Virus record (IMG/VR): IMGVR_UViG_3300021255_002052
Span: 32,001 to 96,000 of that record
Origin: a virus
Lineage: Duplodnaviria; Caudoviricetes
Strand: one strand, 5' to 3'
Length of the DNA stretch: 64,000 nt
Made by a program: the position numbers and the translations under genes. The notes beneath the pieces are model-generated. The model had not been told where the DNA came from. It ran no database searches and worked only from the letters and a program-made list of their open reading frames with translations. Shown piece by piece: positions 10,495 through 21,800 of this stretch. Position 1 is the first letter of the stretch; each line of letters opens with the position of its first letter.

Positions 10495-11276
10495 CGAGCA
10501 CTAACTTAACCGAAAACGCCATTGAGTGCGGATTCGATAAATTGAAGATGTTCTTCGGAGAGACGTATGTTGTTAACGACGCGATTTCTATATACGAAGT
10601 GACGATACAAGAGATCGTCGATTTCGGAGAAGAACATTTCTTCGCCTGTATAGCGCCGTTCGTGAGCAATCCTACAACGTACAGACTCTAGCTCTGGGAC
10701 ATGGGTATCGACTGGTGTGAACTGTCAGATTTCGATCTATTCTGTATGCTAGCGCCGACTTTACAACCAGAAATTACCTGTATTTTGTTCGGCCGCTATG
10801 ATTTTACGAATCTCTAGTTGATGATGCGTAAAGATACGGAAGAACGTGTACTATACGATCCGACCACGGATACGGTAGTAGACAACGCTACCTATATTAT
10901 TATGCGCGAGTACATCCGTATGATGATGAACTAGTATCCGAGGAGGGAATTTACCCGAGGTAAACAGACTAAATTAGCATTGATAGACGAGGATAGGATA
11001 AATATACGCAACGCGGAAAGAAAGAGGAGAATCGAGGGCGGCCGGAAGGTCGAATCCTATCTCTTCTCTCTGATTTCTACTATGTTGATAACTCCGGGCT
11101 TCAAGTATAAGAAGAACGAACTAAGAGAAGTCAACATAGCGGAATTTATGATTAGTGTCGAGAAATTCCAGGTGTTTAAGGCGACAGAATCTCTGTTGCG
11201 GGGCATGTATTCCGGATTCTTAGACACTAGCAAAATAGATACCCAGAAAGAACTTAATTGGTTCAGGGAATCTTAA
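10491..11276 (+). CDS. Hypothetical tail-module protein (261 aa)
   Basis: ORFs 10491 and 10980 are in one frame across TAGs and end in TAA before a terminator. Confidence 0.65.
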
Positions 11277-11288
11277 TAAGGTAAAAAT

Positions 11289-11316
11289 GGCGACCGTTTA
11301 TTGGTTGTCTTTTTTT
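11289..11316 (+). terminator. Rho-independent terminator
   Basis: GGCGACC-loop-GGTTGTC followed by a T run. Confidence 0.65.
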
Positions 11317-11356
11317 ATGTAAAAATCACATTCATATTTAAAAAGGAGGAATCCAC

Positions 11357-12172
11357 ATGTTCTAGATTAACGGTATTGTGGTCGATAGAATCCAGATTGC
11401 TGTAGCCGAGTCTCTTAAGGAAGCCGATTAGGGCGCTATCCTCTATACTCTGACTCAGCTCAACACCGCTTCTATTGAGACCACCGCAGACTCTACTGAC
11501 GCTGTTGACCAGAAGGGTAACCTCATCAAGCGCTTCTACAATGCGAAGAATGCTAGCTTCACGGCTACGAACGCATTCCTGGATCTGAACGCAATCGGCG
11601 GGCTGTCCGGTGATAACTCCACCACTATCGCTTCTGATGGTGCTGGCGCTTTCGTTGCTCCGAAGGTTGAGGTTGTTAAGGTTGCTGACGCTACCACTTT
11701 CGATATGACTGGCTACGTAGCTGGTACTGTCGCTGTAGCGGGTGTTAACAACCAGAACGCTGTTGTCGAGAAGTATACTCTTGGCACCGCTGCTGCCGAG
11801 AAGAAGTTCGCCATCGCGGAGAATCATTTCGTTCCGCCGACGGGACCGGATGCTAACGTTACCAAGTATCTGATCTCCTTCGATCGTACCGTCAACAACG
11901 GTATCAAGGTTATCAACAGCTCCAAGGACATCCCGTCCACGGTTAAGCTTGTTCTGAAGTGCCTCGCGATCGATCCGTGCCATCCGGGAGAACTGAAGGC
12001 TCTTTACGTGACCTTCCCGTCCTTCCAGCCGTCTCCGGAAGTAAGCTTCGACCTTGCTACCGACGCCACCTTCGATTACAGCGGTGACGCCCAGGTCGAT
12101 TACTGCGGCGAAGACCAGGCTCTTTACATCCTGACTTGGGCAGACGAGGATCAGGAAGATTCCACTTATTGA
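11357..12172 (+). CDS. Major tail tube protein (271 aa; TAG at codons 3 and 25)
   Basis: AAGGAGGA RBS. High-expression-type codon usage, beta-rich sequence, flanked by terminators. In frame with ORF 11705..12172. Confidence 0.75.
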
Positions 12173-12201
12173 TTAAGTGATTCGGTCTAACTGATATTAA
12201 C

Positions 12202-12223
12202 GGGGGAGCTTAGGCTCCCCCTT
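12202..12223 (+). terminator. Hairpin terminator after the tail tube gene
   Basis: GGGGGAGC-TTAG-GCTCCCCC-TT. Confidence 0.6.
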
Positions 12224-12246
12224 CTGCTCGAAACACGGAGGTAATT

Positions 12247-12600
12247 ATGGAAAAAGGAAGAACTTGCCTAATCTGTGGCAAAAAGTATAAATTCTGCCGT
12301 TCTTGTACCGGCAAAGAACCTGCTTGGCGTACACTGTTTGACAGTGACAACTGCTACGCTATTTATGACGCTATTTCTAATGTAAAGATCGACAAGTTAA
12401 AAAGCTTAGACCTGTCGGAAGCGACTGAAGAAGTCCAGAATCAGGTTAAAGAAATGATCGCTCAGAGAGAGCCGAAGAAGACCGAAGAGGTCGAGAAAGC
12501 TGTTAATACGAATCATGAAACAGCTGCTAGTGTAGAGAAGCCGATAGATAATAAGTCGGTAGTCGCCAATAAGCGAAAATTTAATCATAAGGGTGACTGA
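12247..12600 (+). CDS. Zn-finger (CxxC...CxxC...C) phage protein (117 aa)
   Basis: CLICGKKYKFCRSC...DSDNC, with a GGAGG RBS. Confidence 0.7.
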   Translation: MEKGRTCLICGKKYKFCRSCTGKEPAWRTLFDSDNCYAIYDAISNVKIDKLKSLDLSEATEEVQNQVKEMIAQREPKKTEEVEKAVNTNHETAASVEKPIDNKSVVANKRKFNHKGD

Positions 12601-12629
12601 CTCTAACTAGGGTTGGTCGCCCATTTTTT
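12591..12629 (+). terminator. Rho-independent terminator
   Basis: GGGTGACTGACTCT-loop-AGGGTTGGTCGCCC, then ATTTTTT. Confidence 0.65.
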
Positions 12630-12649
12630 CGTTCTAAGGGAGGTAGCAT

Positions 12650-12901
12650 GTGGAAGCGATTACGAGCGGATTGACAGGAAAGACGTACGACCTGCGAAAA
12701 TTGGCAAGAGTGGCAGACCGTCGCCTCCAGACTTTATATATAAAGAACGGCATAATGCCTGTGGAGATGTATTGGTCCTAGGACCGAAACGAGCGAGACA
12801 TTATTATCATGCTCTTCCCCAAGAATAAGACGACCGAGCTGTATAAAGTCTGGAAAGCTAACAACCCCAAAAAAGGTGAGGCCGATGCGTTACATGACTA
12901 A
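12650..12901 (+). CDS. Hypothetical protein (83 aa, 1 TAG)
   Basis: GGGAGGT RBS, GTG 12650, open to TAA with TAG=Gln (EAITSGLTGKTYD...LYKVWK). Confidence 0.6.
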
Positions 12902-13277
12902 CCGCGAATTTTAGCGGGAATTGGAAAAGATCAAAAAGGATAATGAACAGAAGGAACTGCTGCGGGAGTTGCGTAGTGAACGTCATAGATTAGATGAACC
13001 TAAAAAGAAAATACCGACCAGCAAGAAGATTGTATGGTCATGTATCCTCCTAGTCCTTGAGATCGTGTTGTTTTCAGAATTTATGATGTGGCACACTGGG
13101 GACCTCTCCTCTCTTTATGTCTTAATAGGCCTAGTTGCGACACTAGCACCTATCATCGTCAAGTTCTATTCAAAGAGCCAGGCGGAAAACACTAAGGGAG
13201 GAATAGTTTATGACGCCGCTTTTGCTCCCGCCGACGAGGATTTAGACTTAGAAAGTGAGGCGGACGAGGATGCTTAA
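12885..13277 (+). CDS. Two-TM membrane protein, holin-like (130 aa; TAG at codon 10)
   Basis: Two hydrophobic segments followed by YSKSQAENTKGG. Confidence 0.6.
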
Positions 13278-13662
13278 AGGATTACAGAATTTTCTGGAAT
13301 TCGTTAATAATAACTGGACTTCTATTCTGGTTATTATCGGTCTGATTATAGGCCTTTACAAGAAAATTGAATCATTCTGGAAACTGTCGACAGATCAGAA
13401 AGTAGCCATAGCCAAACACGAAATCGAGGAAGCTATGCTAAAGATGATTACGGACTCCGAACTGGAGTATGAAACCTGGAAGGAATCCGGCGAGATTAAG
13501 AGATCGCAGGTAATCAAACAGATTTACGCTGAATATCCGATCCTGGAGAAGGTCGCGGATCAGAATTCCGTGATCGCGTGGATAGATACGCAGATAGACA
13601 ACGCGCTAGTGACTTTACGTAAGGTGATCGAGGAAAATCGGACCACTAAGGAAGCTGAGTGA
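13270..13662 (+). CDS. Putative holin, LL-H-like (130 aa)
   Basis: Single N-terminal TM segment, then a helical domain with an SGEIKRSQV motif. Confidence 0.5.
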   Translation: MLKGLQNFLEFVNNNWTSILVIIGLIIGLYKKIESFWKLSTDQKVAIAKHEIEEAMLKMITDSELEYETWKESGEIKRSQVIKQIYAEYPILEKVADQNSVIAWIDTQIDNALVTLRKVIEENRTTKEAE

Positions 13663-13667
13663 TTCCG

Positions 13668-14183
13668 ATGGATAATTTAAGGGAATTACTACATCTTAGT
13701 TGGGGCAACTGGGTTATCTAGCTATTCGTTTTATGTGTCGCGGTCGTATTTATCTCGGACACGATCAAGAAGGCCTTCGCTGTGTTTAAGAAACCCGTCG
13801 ATCAATGGACTCAGATAGAGGAAAACGAGAAAGCGATCAAGTCCCTGGAGGGACGTGTTGACCGCTTAGAAGAACGTCTGGAGAAAGCCGTCGAGGAGTC
13901 CATCCATCACGACGAAAAGATCGAGTATTCGATTAAGCAGGTCGGAGACAAGATCGAGAAAATGAGCGAAGTCGCCGGGCGGCGCACAGTCGTCTCCCTG
14001 AGATCTGAACTCTATAAACTCCATCACGATTTTATGGAGCAGGGTTACGTAACAGAATCCGGGCTCCATACCTTTATGGAGATCTATAACATTTACGAAG
14101 AAGCGGGAGGCAACGACATAGCCAAAAAGAAGCTGCTGCCTGAGGTTTAGCAGTTAGAGCTTCGGCGGGATATGCCAGATTAA
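13668..14183 (+). CDS. Membrane-anchored coiled-coil protein, lysis-accessory/holin-like (171 aa, 2 TAG)
   Basis: N-terminal TM segment, coiled coil, and a C-terminal YNIYEEAGGN motif of a type seen in Firmicute phage lysis-adjacent proteins. Confidence 0.55.
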
Positions 14184-14184
14184 T

Positions 14185-14646
14185 ATGGGTAAACGAAGTA
14201 AATACAAAGTGGACATGTCTAATTCCGCGAAGAAGAAACGCACGGTCCACGACGAGCATACCGGGAAGGATATCACTTTTGATAGTGCCATCGAAAAAAG
14301 GTACTATGACGAAGTTGTACTCCCCGGGTTTTTATCCGGTGAAATAGTCGACTACGATCTCTAGCGGCGGTACACTCTTCTACCCTCTTTCCGGAGGGAA
14401 AACGGAGAACTTGTAAGGGCTATTACCTATATAGCTGATTACGTGCTTAAGTTCGCTGACGGGCACGAAGAGATCAAAGATACGAAAGGTGCGGGTTATC
14501 TAGTCGACCCACTGGCTCGCATTAAGCGGAAATTATTTTATCACGCATTCCCAGATCTCGATCTTGAATGGATCACTTGGACTAAGGCTACGGGTTGGGT
14601 TAACTGGGATGATTTCATGAAGGAAAAGAGGAATAAAAGGACATGA
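14185..14646 (+). CDS. DUF1064-family PD-(D/E)XK endonuclease (153 aa, 1 TAG)
   Basis: SKYK...FDSAIEKRYY...L(Q)RRYTL...ITYIADY...DTKG...KRKLF. Confidence 0.8.
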
Positions 14647-15212
14647 CAGTAAAAGAATTTATAGGAAAATATCATACGGCAAAGAAGGTCCCGGGAGGGG
14701 TCGAAACTTTTCTGGAACAGAGTCTGGTGACCAGATACGTTCCTTACCTAACGAAAAAGGTTATTTGTCAGAAAATCGTTGACGCCACTTATTACGTGAC
14801 GGAGAAGAATGATGACGGTGTGGTCGTTAATCGGAGATTCCGTGTAGACTCCGCGAACACCTATCTCCTGTTCATCACTAGATTGATCGCGACGTATTAC
14901 GGATTAGAACTATCCGAGAATATCGCCGACGATTACGATCTATTGAATCAGGAAGGGCTGATAGCTCCGGAAGACGGAGAATCAGTGACTCTGATCACCA
15001 GCATCCCGGCAACGGAATATGCGGAGTTCAAAGCGTTGTTAGATATGGCTAAAGCTGATATCACGGCTAACGAATATGAGCCGGGTGCGTATATCTCCAA
15101 TAAGATCAACAATCTCGGACTCATTCTCGGAACTGCTATTCAACCGATTTTGGATGCGGCGGGGATCACTCCGGAGGATATCAGGACTTTATTATTGAAT
15201 TCGCGTAGTTAA
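14643..15212 (+). CDS. Hypothetical protein, possible tail assembly chaperone (189 aa)
   Basis: Intact ORF with an ATGA overlap, upstream of the tape measure gene. Confidence 0.6.
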   Translation: MTVKEFIGKYHTAKKVPGGVETFLEQSLVTRYVPYLTKKVICQKIVDATYYVTEKNDDGVVVNRRFRVDSANTYLLFITRLIATYYGLELSENIADDYDLLNQEGLIAPEDGESVTLITSIPATEYAEFKALLDMAKADITANEYEPGAYISNKINNLGLILGTAIQPILDAAGITPEDIRTLLLNSRS

Positions 15213-15220
15213 ACGCAGTC

Positions 15221-15255
15221 AGGCTCCCGTGGTGTCATAGCTACGGGGGCTTTTT
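15221..15255 (+). terminator. Terminator hairpin with TGTCATAG loop
   Basis: AGGCTCCCGTGG-TGTCATAG-CTACGGGGGCTTTTT. Confidence 0.7.
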
Positions 15256-15270
15256 AAAAGGAGGGGAAAT

Positions 15271-15855
15271 ATGAATTTAGCAGGTTGGGCTGCTCGGTTA
15301 GAATAGAGAATAGAGGCGGGAAAGAAAATCGCGAACAAGAAAACAATACAGCTCGCTGCGAAAAAATCTAAGATGTTCGCAAAATATGCGGCAAAGGAGT
15401 TTTATAGTTCTTATGATCCCCTCTTTTATGGTAGAACTTATGATTTTTACAATCGACTTTTCATTATTGAACCAAAAGAGGAAGAGATTTTTGTAAAGGC
15501 ATCTTCTGCCGGTCTATGGGGGCATAGGGTATCTGGCGATTATATTTTAGAAGTTGTCGCTAATCAAGGATATCATGGAGGAGCCATGAGTGGTCCATCA
15601 GATTTTCACGGTAATTCGCATCCGGCACCAGGAACACCGTATTGGCGTAAACCAGCTACAGAATATGACGGTATCCCTCCATATTCCCTCTGGGGAAGAC
15701 CCGCAGAGAAAACCGAGTCTCCAATAGAGATTTTTTTAAGGTATTTCCGTGCTGCTGAAAAGAGCGATTTTAGTGATTGCTGGAATAAGACTTTTTTGAA
15801 GTATGTGTATACAAAAAACTTTCAAGATTTCTTAAAGATTAAAATAGAGTTATAA
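15271..15855 (+). CDS. Hypothetical tail-associated protein (194 aa, 1 TAG)
   Basis: AAGGAGG RBS, ATG 15271, in frame with ORF 15373..15855. Confidence 0.65.
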
Positions 15856-15872
15856 CCGAAGGAGGTGGTCTA

Positions 15873-18800
15873 ATGAGTGAAGAAATTAGTTTAGTTAAAG
15901 GTACAATAGAGATTGATTCTTCTAAATCCGTTGAAGCTACTAATGCGGTCGTTGGTGCATTGAAGGAAATGGCGGAACAAGCTGGCCAGACAAAGAGAGC
16001 TATCTCTGATGTATTTAAAACGCTCAACAACGCAGGGAATAGAAAAGGTATTACGGGATATGCCGAGTCTATGGAAAAGGCCTTAGAAGGTGTAGGAGAA
16101 ACGGCGAAAGATGCTCAGGATCAAATAAGAACATTAAATGATTTTATGAAGACCACTTCTAAGGGTGGGAAATTCCTAAAATCCAAAGAAGAATTAGCAG
16201 ATGTTATTGCCGGTAGCCTTATGCCGCAAGCTAAAGGTTTCGCCAAAAAAGAAGACCGGTCAGGGTTTGGCCGTACAGCGGATACGCTAGCTTAGTATGT
16301 GAACGCATACGTAGCCAAAGGTGGAACTTTGGACGATTCTGATAGTGTGCTGAAAAAGGCATTAAAGAAAAATGGTTTTGACCTTGATACTCTCATGGCG
16401 ATAAGCAATGAAGGGAACGCCGGAGATAAAACAGTCGAGAATTTACAAAATATCTACGGTATTGTAGATAAATTAGCCAGCACCAAACAGGTGGATCTAA
16501 GCGCAATTATCGATTCTAGTGCTTACCTTAAAGAGCTGCACATCATAGAGGCCGAAACTACGAGAACCATGGATAATATCATGGCAAAACTTGCAGGAAA
16601 AAGCAAAGGCCCTTCTGTCTAGAAAGATGATATCGCATCGAGCAAGACTTCATCACAGAGAAGTGCCGATATTAAAAGATTCGCTAAGACTCTTCTGAAT
16701 AGGGATATTCCTCTATCAGATGATGATAAAAAGTTGGCCGCGACATTATTAGGTGAAATTGAAGGTGAATTACGGTCAAGTGAAAATACCGATCTACGAA
16801 ATCAATTAAAGAATAAGCTTAAATTTAAAGGAAACTTCGAAGGCCCCGGGACTATGATGGACTTCTGGGATGCATTAAGAGAAAACGCGGGTGATGGGTC
16901 TATTGATGTAGAAGAAGCCATAAAATCTATAGATGTGAAATACACTCAAAGAAAAAAATAGGCATTAGACACGACGATCGCTAAGAAAGCTAAGAATGCC
17001 GCAGAAGAAGCTTTAAAGAGTGTTGATGGCTTAAACAAAGACCAGCTCAGATAGATGAGAGAAAAAATAAATGGCATGCTAGATGAATCGATCGCAAAGG
17101 AAATAGAAGAAGCATACGATGAAAAAATGAAAGATTTTGAGTGGCTGACGGACGAAGAGATCCAGGACAGATGGTTTAATGAACATACAGATGAGAGGGG
17201 AAAAGTCAAAGCTGGGCGCCGTAATGAAAGATTTGATGGCAGTAAAGGTGGCAAGAAAACGGAAAAAATTGGCGGAGATGCTGCGTATATCGATTATTTG
17301 ACTAGTAGAGGAATAGATCCGTATGCCAGGGAAGGCTTTACCGGTGATCTAACAGACGAAGAAACCAACAAAAGAGCATTAGAATTGATCAAGTCAAGAA
17401 AAACGCTTAGGGGGTTAGGTGAACAAGCATCGAAAGCGTACGCTGAGCAGGAAACGGAAGCGATTGAAAATCTTACGAATAGACTTCAAGAGGCAAACGA
17501 TAAGGTAGCTGAATTAAAACAGAATGCCGCAAAAATGTTAGATGGAGATGGGACAACAGAGGAAATCAAAAATATCATTAACGAATTAGATAATCTTAAA
17601 AGCGCTCTTGGAGAAATTTCTAAAGATGCATCAAGAGCCAAATTGACTGATCTGATCCCGGGATTTTATGATATAGATTCAACAAAGGATGACTTGTTAG
17701 ATTTAAGGTCTAACCTTAACAAAAGGTACGGAGAAGCTGAGAGAAAACAGCAGAGGGATGCTAATTTAAAGAAGGCTCGAGAAGCTTTCCAAAAAAACGC
17801 TAACATTGATCAATTCATGAAAGATGACGCATCTTTTGAAGATATCAAAAGAGCTATCAACGAAGAGAAAACGGCAATAGAAAATCTGAAGAATCTACAG
17901 AAGCAAAATGGAAAAGAAACATGGAAATTTACTCCGGAGGAGCTCGGTGGCGATATAGATGCAAAGATAACAGATTACACTCAAAATCTCTATACCCTAG
18001 CTGCCGCGCTAGATAAAGTTGCTACGGCCCAAGAAGAGGCTGCGGCAGAGACAGATAAAGCAGGGTCTTTCTATGGAGAAGCTAGTGATACGGTACTATC
18101 TGTAGCTGAGTAGCTTGGGGTTGCAAGGAAAGATAAGAACGGAAAACTATCTGTCGATGTTCGTGATATAGACAGGAATAGAGGGTTTTTAGCTGGTAAT
18201 GATTAGGCTGTCGCGTTTCTCGATATGCTAGAGAAATATGCGAGAAGGGATTCAGAGAAATTTGGATTCAAGGATTATACGGCAGACGACCTTAAAAAGA
18301 AAGTGTCCTCCGAAGAAAACGTTCGCGATGTACAGAATTATGTGGACGCCATCGAAAAAGGACTGGATCAATCTTCTGAAGAATTCCAGTAGATTCAAGA
18401 AGCTTATAAACGCGCGGTCGAGAGAATTCAGAAATTTGGTGAAGGACTGTCCCATTTCAAGATCGACGATTATTCGGACCCGAAACAAGTTCTGTCGGCT
18501 ATAACGGATAAGAATCTAGGCCTCTCAGATTACGACATTGAAAAAAATAGCCTTTTAGAAAGAACACACTCGCTCGCGGAGAGAAGGAAAGATATAGGGA
18601 AAACAGCAAGTGACCAAAGTGAAGAGAATATCCGGAACAGAATAAAAGCGTATAAGGAATTGCTACCCGAATACCAAGCGCTTCAAAAAGATCTCGACGC
18701 GTCCGAATTTAAGGACGATTTTCTTGCGCCAAAAGGCGGGATAAAAGAGTTTAAATACCTGGCCGGTGAAATTCAAGGCTTGATGGACCTCATCAAGAGG

Positions 18801-21800
18801 ATGGAAGCTGATCTCGAAAAAGTAACTGGTGAGAATCCGTTTAAAGATCTTACAGATGAGGTAGATAATTATAAGAAGTCGCTAGAGGATGTAGCAAAAA
18901 CATCGGAAACGGCACTGTCGAAAAAAACTATAGACTCTGACGGGATCAAATAGGAAATAGAAAAGATCAATGAAGCACTAAAAGAATATGCTGAGATAAA
19001 AGAGAAAGTTGAAAAATCCGAGTCTGCTGATGCTGTAAAAGAAAGAACGGGATTTGGAGCGATTGAGGACACCACTAAAGCCCTCGAGGATCAAAAGAAA
19101 AAGTTAGAGCAAAAGTTCGAAGTCCAACAAGAATATGAGAAGCTTCAAGCTCAAGCTCAGAAGCTAAGGACAGATCGAAACGCTATTAGCACCACGCAGA
19201 AAGATTACACTCAGGCAGAAGACGCAGATGAGGCGATCGGAAAACTTAAAAATCTCCAGGAAGAATACGAAAAGCTTAAAGAAGCGGTTGTGGCATACCA
19301 GAAAACCAGAGCTGATGCCGGTGATATAGCGTCGGGATAGGAATTCGATCTTGGTAAAAGACTTGGTGTCGATCAAATCGATAATATTATCAAGCAGATA
19401 GATACCAATATCGCGACACTTTAGAAACGGGCGGATAAACTACGCGGAGTAACTCCTGAACAGGAAGCCCCATCTTCCACTGGCTCTACTTAGTCAAGAG
19501 GTGAAGAGACAAAGAGTACGGCTTCTTCTGATACAAAGGAAGAGGCTAGAGCAATGGAACCTCTCGAAAATGAGGTTAGGGCGGTCACTCGGGCGGTAGA
19601 TGAAAAGACTTAGGCCTTTGATCGTGAAGCGACGGCTGTTGGTGCAAATGTTATCAACGAAGTGGCTGACCTTGAGAAACTCCAGAAGATCCTCACCGAA
19701 ATCGCGAAGACAACCGCTGATGTCACATAGTTCCCGGAGGGTTTTGTCAACCAGCTAAAAGCGATTGGTAAGATCGACATAAAAGATGGAGTTCCTGCTA
19801 AGATTGAGGAACTTGCGGAAGCACTGACCAAGCTGTCAAATTCTCTCAATAGTATCTCAGGCGAAGGTGCCGCAAATATATAGCATCTTAATACCCTAAT
19901 TAATTCAGCACAGGAAGTCGGTGGAGTTGTTAGTGCTCTCGCGAAGGTAAGCGAGAAGAATAACGGTGCATCCGCTACTAACGAAGAATAGCTGTTCAAA
20001 ACATATGATCGTCTGAAATACGCTATGACTGATTACTACGCAGTAATCGATGAGGGTATAAAGAAGGGGTATTTAGATAAGGACTTCTGGGATAAAGCGG
20101 GTGTTACAGACCCGACGGATTATGAAGTCAGTGATCAAATCCCGTCCGACCCGGGATATTATAACAGATTCGTGGCGGCAAGATCAAAAGCCCGCAAGAT
20201 GAATCAAGAACTTGAAAAGAGTGTCTCCAACTATAATCAGAATGCCGAATCTCAGTACGATTATGATTCTCTGGCTAAAGGAGCGAGGGAATGGGCACGG
20301 GCAAATCAAGACGCCCTCTCTTCTATCGAAGAATTGTCTCGGGCAGAGAAAAAGAGATCAGATATTGAACGAGAACTAGTCACGAAGGCTGATCAAAATA
20401 AAAACTCTGAATATTATAAAAAGCTGACGGATGATTTAAAGGAACAAGAAGATGCTATAGAAAAAATAAAAGCAGATATTAAGTAGACTTTCGCTGATCT
20501 GGGCTCTGATGGTGGGTTTGTTGGCGGAGATGTTGATTCGTTAATTAATGAAGCTATCAGCTAGGCCGGAACTAAGAATAAGGAAGCCGTAGCTAATACC
20601 ATTGCCAAATATAAGGATGAGCTACGTGGCCAATTAGACGAACTTGTCAAAGAATACGGATTTAACAAGAACGATAATAGAATCAAACGACTGAATACGG
20701 CCATAAGCGGAGTGACTGATCTGACCGGTCGCAACCTCGTAGAAAATCAGATCACTGACCTGATGGAAACTAAAGACAAAAAAGCTGCGACATTAAAAAG
20801 ATATTCCAAGGAATATGCAGAACTTAATCGACTTCAACTAGAACAGGCGAAAACCGATTAGTCGCAGGATCCTTAGAAATTTTCCGAGGTAACCACAGCT
20901 ATTCAGGCACAGCAAAAAGTCGTTGCTGAGCTAGTCAATGAATACAAAAACCTGTCCACCGTTAAGAGAGACGCAGAACGGGAACTGGCTGCCGAGGCGA
21001 GGACTGTTCGGACAAAGCAGGGAAATGTTTCTGACGAAGTAAAAGGCTATAAGGATGAGGCGACGAAGCAGCTTGATAAGATAGCTCAAAAGCATAATAT
21101 CAAAAAAGACAGTTCCGAGTATGACGCGTTAGCCAGACAGATTTCGAAAATTAAAGGGAAGACCCAACAATCTAAGATTTTATCTAAGATAGATGATCTG
21201 GATAAAGATTATACTCGTAAAACACAGGCTAAAGATAATAAAGAGACTGTTGAGAAAAAGCTAAACGATATTATAGAAAAGCGCAAGTTAGACAGAAATG
21301 GTATCTATAAGGGAAGAATTGAAGCTCTGGAAGCCTCCAAAACGGAGACTAAGGAAGAACTGAACGATACATTAGATGAGATAGACAAATTCGATGCCGA
21401 AATTAAAAAGAGGCAGGATAAGGGCAAGAAAGCTCTATCTCATTACAATGAAGCTTACACTAACCAAGCAAAATTAGAAGCTCAGGCCGTCGCCACTACT
21501 CCTCTCGATGCAGGATATGACCAACTGAACAATGCGTTGGATGAGGCGAAGAATAAGACTGCTGCTCTACGCGCAGAGACTCTATCCTATGTCGACGTGA
21601 TTCCTAATATCGGAAATTAGATGAAGGATGTTGAAGCTACGGCAGATGCGACTTACGACAAACAAGCCGCCATTATGAAGCGCTATAAATCTGAAAAAGA
21701 AGCCAGAGAACAGCTTAACTATAAATACAAAACAACCGACTATGGTAATCCTAATAACACGTAGGCGAAAGCTCAGAGAGACGAACTTCAGAGGCTAGAT

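Noticed and set aside
14643-15855. Programmed -1 frameshift of tail assembly chaperones
   Set aside because: No convincing slippery heptamer near the end of 14643..15212, and a terminator and separate RBS lie before the next gene.
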